Of a stretch of DNA of 64,000 bases, positions 29,201-43,233 are shown piece by piece. The translations under genes and the position numbers were made by a program. Source of the stretch: Azolla caroliniana (taxonomy: Eukaryota > Plantae > Polypodiophyta); assembly GCA_043228905.1 (NCBI GenBank), contig JBHGNT010000012.1:3100001-3164000 (forward strand). The letters run 5' to 3'. Under the pieces are notes generated by a model. That model saw only the letters and a list, made by a program, of their open reading frames with translations, did not search any database and was not told the origin of the DNA. The stretch's first letter is position 1. Every line of letters starts with the position of its first letter.

Positions 29201-32200
29201 TGAAATGTGGCTTGCTTCCTCCATCTTCAACAGTCTGACCTGCATAGCTAATAATATGCAACTTTAGTTAATCTACCCATTAGAAGGCTGGAGTTAAATG
29301 ATACTTCGAGAATCTTGAGGCAGAGTCAGATACACATTGGCACGGAGAGACAACATGGTGGATGTCCATGGGGACTAACACCTCGTCACAACATGTCAAA
29401 AACAAATAGAGAGGGTGGTCACCCATTTGATTATCTATATGAATGCTCTTCCAGGGCCTTAGAAGACGTAACCTGCACTGGAGGATACTTCCATGCAGAC
29501 CTGCACATGCATGGAATATAGAAACTGGGGGTTGCCTGAATTTTGAGTTGAAAAAGAACTGGCATAATTTTCAGGAATTTAATTTCAAGCAGAGTGGGAA
29601 GGATGGTTTATTGAATGGCTGGCAACATTGGAAACGTTTTGATAATTAAAAAATAAAATGATGCATGACCCCACTATAAAAGCCTTCCTGTATCCATCCC
29701 GTTTTGTAAAAATCAAACCGTAAGAAAGATTGGGAAGTGTTGCATAGCTGGTTTGCCATGGTCTTTGGAGATAGTGAACTTAGAACAGAGGATGATAAAT
29801 TTAGATGTGTGTAGCAATGGCTGTCTCGTAATGGTTTTGTTCTTTTTATACTTTTGTAAGCAGTAGAGTTGAGAGTTCTATTGTATTTATCTCCCCAGTG
29901 AGTTGTGGGTTGTGTGTAGTGAGATACTTAACAATAAATATCTATTTCATGCTAGAGGCAACTGCCCCAAATATGGATCATTCCTAGATTATCAACTCAA
30001 TACAGTCAAAAGAAGACTTCAACATGCTGTGCATAAAACAGTTAGAATGACTCCTTCATGGGTTATATATTGAGCCTTAATGCGCATAAGCTAGAGTTTA
30101 CTCTGGTACATGAATGAGATACATGGAGGAATGTCCAGTGAAGTTATGATGAACTAGGTGATAATGCTGTTTTTCTTTTGCATCGTTAGCTGGTGTGCTT
30201 TTCTACTGTTCCTTACACTAAGGCATTTTAACATGTGCAGCTGCATGGTATATTTTATTTTTGGTTGTAATTTTCACCCTGTTTCGATGTGATCTGAACA
30301 GAATGCATGTATTTCATGTGGGGCAGCAGCAAAAAGGGAAGACATGGCTCCGAATCATGGTAAGCAGTATCTTTATATTTTTATATAGTTTCATAAAATT
30401 TATTTATGCGCTTAGACATGTGGAGAGAGGCCCTCTTGAAAAGATGTGATTCCTGCATCTTGTTTCACATTCTGAGACTCTGGTAGTGATTTTATAGACC
30501 ACTCAAGTTGCTTTATATGAGCCCTTTTACATGATTACTTGCTATCCCCATGGGTGGTTGTATAAGCCTTATATGAGTGGCTAATTATGTAAGCCCTTTG
30601 TATGACTTGACTCCATAGAGCTACCATCTGGGCCCTTAATTTATTTTGTCATCGGCTTCTATCTCAGCTTCTACAAGAGAGTATGGTTTGATTTTGACCA
30701 TCATTTCAAATGTATGAATGGCATATAAACTCAGCAAAGCTCATAACAGCAATGGAAACAAATGCTGAACATGGAATGAGGACACGTTATAAAGTGTCTC
30801 GTAAGTTTCCTGAGGAGCAATAGGTAGTTCAGTCTACATATCCTTAACTGCAGACAGGAGTGAATTCTTCATATATTTATATTGCAAAACAAAATAAACA
30901 AAGCAAAGACAGCATAGAATGTATATGTTATGATGTATGCAATTGTTTTTGAACCAACACTAAAACCACAATTGCTTTCTCTACGTGTTATAATCTGCAA
31001 GAACATATTGAATGGGTTCCACTCTGGCATCTTACAAGCAAACTGTGGCAAATTATCTAGAAAGATATCACATGCAAGACTGTCATGGATGTGTGGTTGA
31101 AGGATTGTAGATTCTACGAGGGTGCAGAGCTATTGAATCAAAAGATTCGTTTCCTAGATTTGTCATATGAGATTGCAAAATACCCGGAGTATCTGTCCTA
31201 GTCATTGGACCCTTCAGGAAAATCATGAGCTCATCTAAGGGCCCTTCAGGAAATATGAATATCATAATTTCTCATTCTAGAGAATGCAAAAATTGGTAAG
31301 TAAATGGGGTGAAATTTACTGAGGAAAAATGGCTTGCAACGTTCCATCTGTTGTTCAAATTGCCAACCACAATTAAGTTTTATACTCGAATTCAAATTCT
31401 GAAAGATATTCTCATATCTGGACAAAATTTTATATTAAATGTGCAAAATCTCAACTCTGATATAGGGTTCCTTAAGAATGGAAAAGCATCAGGAACTAGT
31501 TCACTTCAGATATGCATAGAACTGCTAGCAAATACAAACTTGAATCAGTGCAAGTAAATTGGATATAAGCATTCATTGCTTTCAGATGCTACTATGAAGG
31601 CTTATTGCTGAAGGCTATAAATCAGAGGCTAATCAACAGTGATTAGACACCCCACACTGCAGCTCATGTAGAGATCTCTCCAGAAATTCAATGGAACAAG
31701 GCTCCCCCAGGTTATGGCCATTATTTAGTCCGACCAGTAAGATGAACATACACACGTTACTACATGTACTCAATTCAGACAAATCTGATGCACATTATGG
31801 TCTATGTCTAGATTGGTCTCTTTGGTTAACATGGATCTTAATTTTGCCACTTTGACTCATCATTTGGAATCCCTGCTTTGTAGCTCTCTGGTTTCTCATA
31901 GGGTTTCTAAATAGTTGTGTATTGGTGACCATATAATGCCATCTTTGATCTGTGCCAGTAATGTGACCCCATTTCTGGATATGGTTGGTTGTGACACTCC
32001 TGGTAGTCCTAATATTTTGGATGACCTCAATAATCTGACTCAGAGATATGTAATGGATGGAAGAGGGATTAAAAGTGAGCAGTTTTGCTTTTCCAGCTTT
32101 ACAGTTTGTTGTACGAGCTTTTAAAAGGGAGAAAGGACATTGCAAAGAGAACATACCTAAAGCAGCGAAGAGGAGAAGAGAAAAGGATGATCAGGTTCTC

Positions 32201-32735
32201 TTTGACTTCAAAAATATTAAAAATACTGGTGAAAAGAGCTTATAATGATGTTCAGACTCTTTTTCAGATTCAGGTGAAAAGAGGTTCAGGTGACCATGGA
32301 GAATCTTCTCGTCATAAAGGAGTCAAATTCCCATACAAGGTTGATGACAAGGTCTTGATAAAGGTACTTGCATTTAATAGATGGGTTTTAGTGACAGCAT
32401 ATATCATAGTCAGGTATCTTGATCACTTTTTTTTTTATCCTAGGGAAACAAAAGAACTCCTGAACGGTTTGTTGGACACAATGCAGTAATAACTACACAA
32501 TGCTTGAATGGATGGTAAGGAAATTTTATCTTATGCATTAGCAATTGGGGAGATTGTGTGTGTGAATATAATATAAAAAAATATTATACTTTTATCACAA
32601 CTCTGTAGGTATGTTGTGAGAACACTAGACAATGGAGAGACTGTAAAGCTGCAGTACCGTTCGTTAACAAAAGCCGACGATCAACTATCCTCTAACGGAA
32701 GTCAGGAAAAGAGTACAGAACCAACCTGGTTATGA
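26276..32735 (+). CDS. PUB62: U-box domain protein, PUB62/PUB63-like, with long acidic N-terminus
   Basis: Exons 26276-27336, 28815-28896, 30302-30359, 32097-32194, 32268-32363, 32444-32514, 32609-32735. U-box LTDPLTGVLMDDATILLCGHSFG...CISCG...PNHAL, and the family C-terminus GVKFPYKVDDKVLIKGNKRTPERFVG...TQCLNGWYVVRTLDNGETVKLQYRSL. Confidence 0.9.
29440..31500 (+). mobile_element. Scattered L1-like ORF2 C-terminal fragments in U-box introns
   Basis: Stop-riddled translations LHWRILPC...AWN (about 29460), VPLWHL...TVMDVW (about 31010) and KWLATFHLLFKLP (about 31325) resemble the L1 post-RT/zf-RVT region. Confidence 0.3.
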
Positions 32736-34287
32736 CAAATGGGTAAATTCTGTGTATGTTTAAATAATGTTCTATTACATTTCTTGCTAAAATATATATC
32801 TTGCTCATAGTCAAATTGTGTCTCAGCTATATTGGCTTAAACAAGGGCAAAGAGTTACTTCAAACTCTTATTTCTTCCATGCAATCTGGAGTTTGCTCAT
32901 ACATCAATACTTGTTATTTTTATGTGATTGTATGATATAGGATGATGACCGCATAGAAGAGTAATTTATCCTTGTAAAATAATACCCTTTCATCAACAGT
33001 ATATGTTCAAAAGCAAGTCTTCTTGATGATGAGGTATAAGTCCATTTTAGTTCTTAGGTCAGAAAATTTAGTAACTTATCGAGAAAATTTGTTTTCACTC
33101 TAGTATTGGTGCAGCAATATAGTATGTAGATTTATATTTGTATGTAAGTTAAGGAAAACTCGTGCTCGTGCACGTGTACAATGCTCACGATCATGTCTCA
33201 ATTTTTTTTGTTTAGTAGCCTTATAATTACGGTGGAGCCCTTCCAAAAAATCCTTTTCTTTCCTCTTTATATTTTGTAGGTTGATCTGAAGTCTTTAAGT
33301 AATTCGTAAATCTGCAACAAGGCTTTTTGGTCATCCTATACTACCGTACATAGTGTATTTCAATTTGTAATACCATCAATAGCTTTAGGAACAAATATTA
33401 GCCCTTATAAAGTGCTAATTTTTTTATATTACATGAATTCAACTAAAATAGGTTTAGATGCATGTGTTAAAATTACAGTTACGGTTAAAAAATCTGTTCA
33501 TGTTATATAAGTATTATTTTGTTCAGGTATGCATTACCTTCCTACAATGCATTCAAATTCATCGATCTGTCTATATTTCAAATCTGGAGTTCACGTTGTA
33601 AAAATCCAAGATCTTGGTTTTCTGAAATGGAATGTAAGGGTAGATCATTGTAACTCATTTGGGAAGCCCATTTACATAAAGATGCACTTTTCATTCCATC
33701 CCAAGTCAAGTAGTTTGTTCTGGCTAATTCAAATACTCAGTTTGACTGCAGAAAATATACAATGTAAACTACATAAAGTTGAAAGGCTATAATTCATGGA
33801 GTTGACATTCATAATTTGAATTATTAGCCTTTATAATTTTCCCATAGTTTTAAATAAAATTTAGGTCATTGTTTTTGCTTCTTTTTCAACCTATCTGTTG
33901 TAAAATGATTGACTAATTCTTCATATCACAACGCTGCTAAGTTTCTTTATAAACGTATTATGCTGGATTTTAGCATATGATACTGATTCATTAAGAATTA
34001 AGTGCTTAATTAGATGTATTGGCAAGGCACTCAATGTATGTTGGGTTTATGACGTGGCAGCACTACAATAATTATGACAAAAAAACACCACAATGAGAGA
34101 AGCAATAATGATGTGATACCACTACAGTAAATGGTTGTTCAATTGATGATGAGAATCATGACTGGTAAATTGATCAACAAACATATCCACATACATAACT
34201 TTGACACCCAAATCACTATTTACATCTTCAAGTTCCTCACTGTGCTTCTCCCAATTGTGTCATAGCTTTATCACTTAGGGATCGAAT

Positions 34288-34824
34288 TAGGGGTCAGCAA
34301 CAGCTCGGCTCAATCCTAAACTGTTTAGCTAAAACAGTTTAGCGGCTTAGCATCTTGGTTTGGCTCAGTTTAGGCTTGAGCTTACCTAAACGGTTTGAGC
34401 TCGGCTCGGCTTGCCAACCCGGCTCAAACTGTTTTAGCTGTTTAATAATTAGGGTTTAGAAAGTTAGAAATTAGGTAGTGAGAAGTTAGAAGTTAGAATT
34501 TGAAAGTTGAGAGAGAGACTAACGTGAAGTCATGGGCAACATAGTATTGAGTGACACGAGAGGGAGGGACAGAGAAGGACAGGGAGCTTGCATAATGGAT
34601 TGAGAGGGAAAGGGAGTTATGAGGAGGAGAACAAGAGTAGATGTGGTAGTGTTTTTTGGGTTTCTTCACACCTCTAAAGCTTTTTCGTCCCAAATTGGCT
34701 CACAAACCGGTTCCTAAACTGGTTTGGTTTAGGTTTGAGAACCCCAAAACGGTTTAGGCTTAACTGGATTGGCTTGGATAAGGCCAAACCGGTTAAACCT
34801 AAACTGAACCGTTGCCGATTCCTA
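34288..34824. mobile_element. hAT-type MITE related to the 11276 element
   Basis: TIRs taggggtcagcaacagctcgg / ctgaaccgttgccgattccta, similar to the 11276 TIR, with subterminal aaacgg/aaaccg repeats. TSD not recognisable. Confidence 0.65.
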
Positions 34825-35039
34825 GTTGTCATTGCTTGCATACATACAACCACCCTTGTAAACATGTCTTCAAGTACACCACTCAACTTCAAGATCCAAC
34901 GACAATTTTAAACTAACACATGTCCTAACTAAGACAATTTATGGATCTTCAAATATGAAATGTTTGCTCTAATACCTTATTATGAGAGAAGAAAGTTGGA
35001 GTCTAGCTTGGATAAGCAGACATGTTGATTACTTTAGAC

Positions 35040-35670
35040 AATAATACGGCATTGATTCGTACGAGATTTTTTCACAAGTGAAAATGAGAATACTTTGATT
35101 CTTACACATGCTAATAGCCATCAAGGACTTAAAGCCTCTTCGACTAGTTGTCAAAATATCCTCAGTCCATGCTGATCCGAACGAGGAAATATATATGGTG
35201 AAACTAGAAGGTTTTGTGTCATGTGACTAGGAACATCTAGTTTGCCTTCTCAAGAAGAGTCTATATGGCTTAAAACAAGCACCCTAGTAAAGGCATCAAA
35301 TTTTCAACAATTTCATGCAATTGGTAGCTTTTTCTCAGAGCAATGAGAATCACTACTTATATTCAAAAAACTGTTGGTGACCACTACTATATATCTCATC
35401 TTTTGCATGGATGATATGTATTTCGATAACCAAAGTGTTGGTGAGCCTATTGATCTCTAATGGCAATTGCAATTGACTTTCGTCATTAAGGAATTAGGTC
35501 CGGGTGATAGATTCTTGGGATGAAGATCACACAACATAGAAACCATTGGGCAATTGTATCTACCTTGGGCCAATTATGTTTGGCAAATTTTGGAGAGATT
35601 CAACATGCATTAGACCAAATTTGCAACAACACCACTACTAGCTAACCTTAGTCTTTTTCATAAAGATTTC
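35040..35670 (+). mobile_element. Ty1/copia reverse transcriptase remnant
   Basis: EEIYMVKLEGF...HLVCLLKKSLYGLKQAP, then LIFCMDDM-like (YVDD) and KELG...FLGM. Interrupted by stops and frameshifts. Confidence 0.85.
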
Positions 35671-36067
35671 TAAACATGTGTGTGTGTGTGTGTGGAGATA
35701 TACATATTCTATGAGCTATTTATGTAAATAGCAAAAATGTATTTTAGGTACATATCTTTGTACGGTTTGATTTTGAAAGTAGTGACATCGTATTTGTGTG
35801 CCTACATTGTGTTTCACTCCCTTCGTCCCTCTATCTCACACTCTCATTGTTCGTGTTCTAATCAATGGCATTGAGGTCATTTCTATTTTAACATACATTT
35901 CAATAGACCATTGCTCTTCTCATTCTACAACACTTGTTGATTGACCTACAAAAGTTGCGTCATAGTAACGATCACGTAAGCTCTTCCTTGGACTTCAATT
36001 CATGTGGTGGTTGTAAAAACGACATTGGCCTTCAATTGCTTAGTTCTCTTAGTTGTACTCTTCCTTA

Positions 36068-36259
36068 GGGACATAGTTGTAGAATACTTAGCATACAATA
36101 TATGCTAAGTATTCTACTTTTTATTTACATAAATAGTTAGAATATGCATTCTATAGATGAAATACATAGAATATGTTAAATACATGTAGAGTACTTTGGA
36201 GTATTCTAAACATATTCTAAGCATAAAATACGCTTTTTAAACAACTATGCTTGGTACCC
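36068..36259. mobile_element. Tourist/PIF-like MITE with internal perfect hairpin
   Basis: tta|GGG...CCC|taa ends, imperfect TIR catagttgt/acaactatg, and a 17-bp perfect inverted repeat at 36079-36117. Confidence 0.45.
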
Positions 36260-37853
36260 TAAGTAAAACAACAACCTATCCTTTAGTGGATGCGGTGTGG
36301 TGCTAGAACATACATAGGAATTTCCTCTTCATTTGAATGAAAGTATGAAAGTCATCTGGCGGGTAGTGCCCCTACGAGGTCAAGGTGTAACCATTGAGTG
36401 AGACATTGAATGTGACGAGTTGCGAGGCATTAATATTATTCAGGGCTAAGATGTTGGGAGATGTGGTTGCCTCCACATTGTCTTTTGTTGCACAAATTTG
36501 GTTGTTGTTTGGAGGGAGGATTGAAGGTAGAGAAAGGACAAACCTTGGAGGAGACATGGTAGTATCATTGGCGCCATCATGTTCTGTTAGAATGGTGGTG
36601 GCGAAGTGAAACAACAACTGGAAGGCGAGTGGCAAAAAGGGTCCCTATATTGTATTGGCAAGGTCGATGGAAAGTTAATAGATATGTCATGGAAGATCAA
36701 CAAGCTACTTGCTTGAGTGTGGCGTGGCATTGAGAGGATGTGATCATAGTAGACGTGCCCTTGGTGTGACATTCATTGACGTTATCCTCTGCAATAAGAG
36801 TAGTGGCTCTTTGTGTTTGCCAAGTGTTGTCGTGATCATGAAGTGTTTGTTGTCGGTTGGCTAGGGTTAGGCAACATAATATTTGATTGTGGGGTTGTGT
36901 TGTAGGCAAAACCTTTCAAATTAATTCTTTAGCTAACTTTAATGACTTAAGTGTAATATACATGGGAAACCATTTATCTTAGAATTTAGAACAAGCCCAT
37001 GAGGAACTATGATACATGGGAACACGTGGTGATCTACAAGCCTATATGAAGGGAACTTAGCTACCCCCTTAATTAAGTCATATTGAAACATTCTTGAGAC
37101 TTGATTGGCGAGGCTAAGTTCTAATTAAAGTCAAATGATACGACTATGTGTTGAAATCATGGATATTGATTAAGGGGTTCAACCCCTTTTATACTAACTA
37201 CACATGCATGTATATGCATGCCAACTCACAAAAACGTACTTAACCGTTACAATACATGTATTTCCCATGTCATAATCGATCAACTCCCATGTCCCAATTC
37301 CATAGGTTAATTTTAATAGGTTAAGGGAAGGATAATTGGGAAACTAGTTATCCTAGGAATCGGGACACACCCATGACACCTATGACACATGGGAACACTT
37401 GGTGGTATGGGATTCTTAGGTGTTGAACTAAAGTTTTAGTGTGATGTCTCTAAATGGCAGATAATCAAATAGAGATTGCTTAAAGAAGCTAACCTCATGC
37501 AATTGGTTTCGATCAAAGAACTTATTATTACGGGCTGTCTAGATGGTCCGGAGTGCCCAAAATCTTGTCCATTGGAGAAATTAGGCATTGTTGTTGGATA
37601 GGCACAGAGAATTTGTCCAAATAACCAAGAGTGCTTCCCAAACCTTTGACCAAGAAATCAATGGGAAAGAGATGCACTCCATTTGAGTAAGTATGAGAGC
37701 TCTATTACTTCCTTACCATCATGTATCAGTTTTGGGCAGATGGAGGTGCCAAATCCATAGCTACGCATGTCGTACATGACAAGGTGCGAGTGAATCGACA
37801 CTTTCGAAGAGCACATTAGAAACAAGCCGTAGGGCTACCAATGTAACACATGG

Positions 37854-38231
37854 TTGAATTGAATTGAAACTTACGCCGGGATACGTGGTTGTTGATGCGG
37901 GTGCTGTGGATGTCACTCTATGAGGTTTTCAGTCCTGGGATCCCATCCATCGATCCACGAGCTGCGAGCAGTTTCTCAAAGGAAGGGCAGGCGAGCCAAT
38001 CAGGGAGCAACACATGTCTTGGTCCGGATGGAGGTGGTGTCTGTTTGAATTGAATCGAGTCCTAATGTCAGGATACATGGTTGCTGTTGCGTGTGCCATG
38101 GATGTCAATCTCCGAGGTTTTTAGGCCTGGGACCCCATCCATCCATCCATCCATCCACGAGTCGCGACCAGTTTCTTGAAGGAAGGGCAGGCAGGCAACA
38201 ACACATGTGTTGGTCCGGATGGAGGTGGTGT
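37854..38231. repeat. ~190-bp tandem duplication in the RPS6 promoter
   Basis: ttgaattgaa...ggatac.tggttg...cctggga.cccatccatc...aggaagggcaggc...tggtccggatggaggtggtgtc occurs twice. Confidence 0.85.
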
Positions 38232-38402
38232 CCGTCCGCTCAGGTGTGAAACCGGCGAGAAGTCCAGAAGCCCCACACAGCATCCATATTTTCTAGGGTT
38301 TTTGCTCAGTCTCCTTTTCTTTCCTGCTTCTGTGGCTTCCTTCTCTTTCCTGTTTCCCTCCTGCTTCCCGACTCGAGCTTCTTCTTCTTCCACGCCGGCG
38401 GA

Positions 38403-41400
38403 ATGAAGGTATGGTCCTTCTCCTTCTCCTCCTATTCTCTGTTTGTATTGTTCTCTCTTAATGTTGCCTGCTCCGGGGCTCCTTTCCTTTTGCGCCGTTC
38501 CGTTCCGTTCGCTTTCCCTACCCTGCTTCATCTCCTTTGATTCTTCGCGTGCTTGTCTAATGGAAGCAGATGAAAGTGTATCTACGCGACGCAAAATATG
38601 ACTCGTGAACGGAGATGATGTAGAAAGAAAAAAAAATATGTATCAAAATAAAATCTGCTTGTTTTCTTCGCCGTCGCCTATCTCAGAGACTCACCGTAGA
38701 ATGTCATTTGGTCTGATCCAGGGATGTATGCTAGAAATGAAAAAACCTTATAAACTCATAGCTCATTCTATAAAGTTGCCTATACGGGATTTTGGCTATT
38801 TTGTTTTCCTCAGTTTCGATGTCATCAAACCGCCTTGAAACATTGCATTTCTAGCCTTAATTTAATGTCTTATTGGTTAATAACTTGGTTTATCAGTGTA
38901 TACCGGTCAAGTCCTGCTACCGTTCATTTTAATGCAGATTTATTTTTGATTATAAATCATTCTGCTCTGTTGACATACAAGATTTAGTTGTGATGTAGAT
39001 CTATTATTTTTATCATAAATTTTTCTAAAGTTTCAATTCAGTAGTTTTTCTATCATCATCTATGTTTATCCTAACGTTTACTACAGTTCCAATTCAGTAG
39101 TTCTTCTATAATTATTTTTCTTTTTAAGTTTGAGCTCTTAATGCACTATTCATTTAAATTATGCAGGTAACATCTTTAGTAGGAGAAATACTGAGGAGTT
39201 TTGTACTTGATTTAGCTAATTGTATAAATCCATTTTTCTCGATAGACATCTTGAGAATCTGAATGTTTTTGTTGGGTAAGGTAGTGTAAGAAGTTTGATA
39301 TAGCTTAACTTTGATGACTTGTAAGAAATTTGAACTAAATTTATTTACTTGTAAGTATTTTGTGCTAAAATGTTCAATTGTTTATAGATAGATATTAAAT
39401 ATGATGATACAAAATAGCATTTTGAGATAGTGTAAATGTTTGTAAGAGTTTGTAATATTGTTGGCAACTTGTCTGTAGACATATAATTTGGCTATGCAAG
39501 GTATCAATGATCAAAACATTATACATTTTCTTATACTCTTAAACAATGCAAGAAAGCAATAGAGTATTGAGCTGACTCATAATGCTAGTCAAATCTTGAG
39601 AAACCAGTAGAAATGAGAAAAATACTGTATCGCATTATCAGTATTGTTAATCCCCTGATAGGATAAATTTTTTAGATATTTCATTTTCTCTAACAGCTAA
39701 ATGTTTGTCCAGCTCAATATTGCAAATCCTACCACTGGTTGCCAGAAGAAGGTTGAAATCGAAGATGACCAGAAATTGTGAGTTTCTTGTTCTGCGTACT
39801 TTCTGCTCTTTTTCTCTGACTTGTTGGTCTTCGTACTTTTGGTCACTTGTTTGACTTATTGACATTCGAAACTTTTATTTCTTTCTCTATTTCAGGAGGG
39901 CCTTCTATGATAAACGTTTATCCCAAGAAGTGCTTGGAGATGCCTTGGGAGAGGTATGGTGATGTAGAATGATAACGTTTTGTCGTTTTTAATGTCTTCA
40001 AGTGATTTTAATGAGTTCTCTCGAATGTCTTCAATCTATTTATCCTATTAAAATTTTCAATGTGTTAATTTTGTTTTTTGAACAGGAATTTAAAGGCTAT
40101 GTATTCAAAATTAAGGGAGGCTGTGACAAGCAGGGATTTCCCATGAAGCAAGGAGTGCTGATCCCTGGTCGTGCTAGCCTTTTGATGCACAGAGGTAAGC
40201 CATCATAACATGAAGATTACACATATGATAGCATATAAGGCATATATTTTGGCTAGACTATCTCAGACATGTATCATTCAATAACATGTAGATTACACGA
40301 TTGTTTAAGATGTAAGTTGACTGTGGAACATATAGGAATATATGGTTATAAATGATTTCTACTAGTGTATAGTAAGGAGATCTACATGATGATATGAGGT
40401 TTCGTTAAGGAAGGTGGAAATATTTCTAGATATAGTGCGTGCATTGGTTGTACATGTTGGTATGAGGCATTTGTTGATCAAGGGCAATATAAGTTAACAT
40501 GGTCATGAATGACTTCTACTAGTAAATAGTAAGGAGATTTACATAACCATACAAGTTCTCTTCTATTAGATATAGATAATATGAAGAAACGTATATATTT
40601 TAGAATTGCTTGTAAAGATTTGGATTATGAAAGTAGTTTATTTCCCGTCATGAGCAGGTACCACTTGTTTCCGAGGATTTGGCAGACGCAATGGTGAACG
40701 CAGACGCAAATCTGTTAGAGGATGTATTGTGAGCCCAGATTTATCTGTCTTGAATCTTGTTATTGTGAAACAGGGTATGTACATTATTTCTTGATTTGAT
40801 GCTGTTTAATTCACCACGTTATAATAACTCTTTAGAATGGTTGACTAAATTGTATTAGTTTGGATATGATTTTCAGGTGAGCAGGATCTCCCTGGGTTGA
40901 CAGATACTGAGAAGCCTAGGATGAGGGGACCTAAAAGGGCTAGCAAGATTCGAAAGCTATTCAATTTGTCGAAGGAGGACGATGTTAGGAAATATGTCAA
41001 CACCTATCGTCGTACTTTTGTATCTTCCACAGGTAACATCGATTTCGAGTCTGTTTTTCATGAAGCTTTTTATCCTTCTATATTAGGAATGTTTTTTATC
41101 CGTTGAATTCAGTTTCTCTATGTTTTTTACTTACCGTTATTGATTACCATGCATATTTTCTAATCTTTTTTATGAGGGGTTTTGATCCTTATTAATTGCC
41201 CTTTTTGCCTTTGTACAATGTAGGGAAAAAGAGATCCAAAGCTCCCAAGATCCAGAGGCTTGTGACTCCGGTGACGTTGCAGAGGAAGCGTCGTAGACTA
41301 GCGGAGAAGAAAAAGAGGGTCGTGAAAGCCAAGAATGAAGCTGCAGAATATCAGAAACTTCTAGCGACTCGCATCAAAGAACAACGTGAGCATAGAAGTG

Positions 41401-41459
41401 AGAGTTTGGCAAAGAAACGTGCATCACGCCTCTCAGTTGCCTCCAAAGGCTCTTCTTAA
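38403..41459 (+). CDS. RPS6: 40S ribosomal protein S6 (eS6)
   Basis: Exons 38403-38408, 39713-39777, 39896-39953, 40086-40194, 40658-40774, 40877-41032, 41224-41459. [15 protein letters not shown]...[12 protein letters not shown]...[12 protein letters not shown]...[11 protein letters not shown]. Confidence 0.97.
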
Positions 41460-42499
41460 ATTTTAATCTGGGTTCTCTTTTGAAGATGTTTTATCTAGGT
41501 GCAGTTTTGTTTAAGTTTCATCATGTATGCAAGAGAGGTTTTCTCCATTGGATCGTAATGTTTGAGACGACAATGTGCTGATATTTATAAAGGCTTAAAT
41601 GCTTTTTTGTTTGGAATCTTTGCGTGTTTTGTTTTAGTGCTCTCTTAAAATAGTTTAATGATGTATTTCTTCTGATATCACCATTCTCTTGTGATTTTTT
41701 TCTAGTCTAATTTTTTGTAGTATCATGCCGCATCTCACTGGTTTGAATAGTAGTCTCGTATTTCAGATTTAAGATGTAAATAAGTGGAGCAAGATCCAAA
41801 AGAAACTTTCAGATCAATCTCTCTTTAAAGAGAACAATTTTAATGTTCTTCATTTAGTCAACTTAGAGCTTTAGTAACATGCAGAGAACACAGATTTTTC
41901 AAGTTTGTTTCCTCTACTACAGTCACTACTAGAAACTGGGAAAGAATACTTTATGGGGCACTGATTGGCAAATTCCCCAGTATGTTTATCTGAACTTGTC
42001 TTGAATGCTTGAAAATGTCAGTAGTACAGTACATATGTTTTAATGTAGATGTAAACTATTATAAATGGCTATGCTTTGCTGATAAATTATGATAATCAAC
42101 GATCACTCTCAACTAAGTTGTTTGGGAATGTAACTAGTACTGTGAACTTCTATCATTTGTTGAATTAATTGAAATAAGGTTAAGGGGGTATGAGTTTCGT
42201 ATGATTGGATTTATATAATTACTTGGAGCTCTACAAAATGCTAGTAGCTTAATTGCTTCTGCATTTTAGTTGGGGTTTCTTCTAGTTCGCGTATACCTCC
42301 AACCAGTAAGAAATAAAGTATTGTTGGATGGTTGAGGCATTGCACCTATGATTCTGTATCTTTGATGCGTTTGTTTCTTAATCACCACCACATTGACATT
42401 ACTTAATAGTTACGTTTTGAACACCTTTATGGAAAATAAATTCTCAAATCTAAGCAATAACTTGCCATTCTCGAGCAATAATACGTTTGCTTGATTTTT

Positions 42500-43233
42500 T
42501 TGGCAATCTCTCTTGAACATTATTACATGGCAATATATAACACTTGGGAAATTGGAAGGATGACAATGCTATGGAAAGGGTTTGATCTAAGCATTGTTAT
42601 CCTTGATATTTGTGACCTTATTAAGTGCATAAGATTTTGAAAGGAACTTATCTAAGCCAATGTCCATTGCACGTGTTTAACATACATTTACCATAGAAAA
42701 AACCCTCATTAATGATTATAGCACAAATCCCTTCCTTAGCTATATTTTCTCTAATGGCAAAGTGAATCACAATGTTAATTGCAGTAGTAATGATTAAGGA
42801 ACTAGGAACTTGATAGTTTCACTCATTGAAGTGATGGATCATCCATAGAAAGATTTTTTCTAAACCTATTTAGAATGCTCCTCAATTATGAAAAACATTT
42901 AACGTTGTTTCTAGGAGATTTGAGGCCAATTCTTGATACCTTCATATGCGTACCCAAAAGGCAGTTTTGGGTGGATCACTTAACTAGAGAGAGAGAACAA
43001 TATTGTTAGGGTTGGGATGGTAAAGAAAGATAGTGCATTGCGATATGATTTCTTGTTACCTTGGAGATCCAATTGGGTTGGAAATCTCTTATGTGAAACT
43101 TATTGAGTGGATATCTAAAAAAATTGAGGATAATTTTATGCATCGGAGGTTTCAATTATGTCCTTCTCATGTATGGCTTAAGATGGTCCCAATGGTATCC
43201 AGTGTCACAGAAGTCAAGCGATCGCAACCATGA
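42500..43233 (+). mobile_element. L1-like LINE RT remnant
   Basis: ISCYLGDPIGLEIS...IEWISKKIED (YLGxPIG thumb motif), preceded by NG...DHP and IVILD-like motifs. Degenerate. Confidence 0.5.

Noticed and set aside
38121-38594. 157-aa antisense ORF over the RPS6 start
   Set aside because: It is the reverse complement of a CT-rich leader and intron, giving K/E/R-biased sequence with no recognisable motif.
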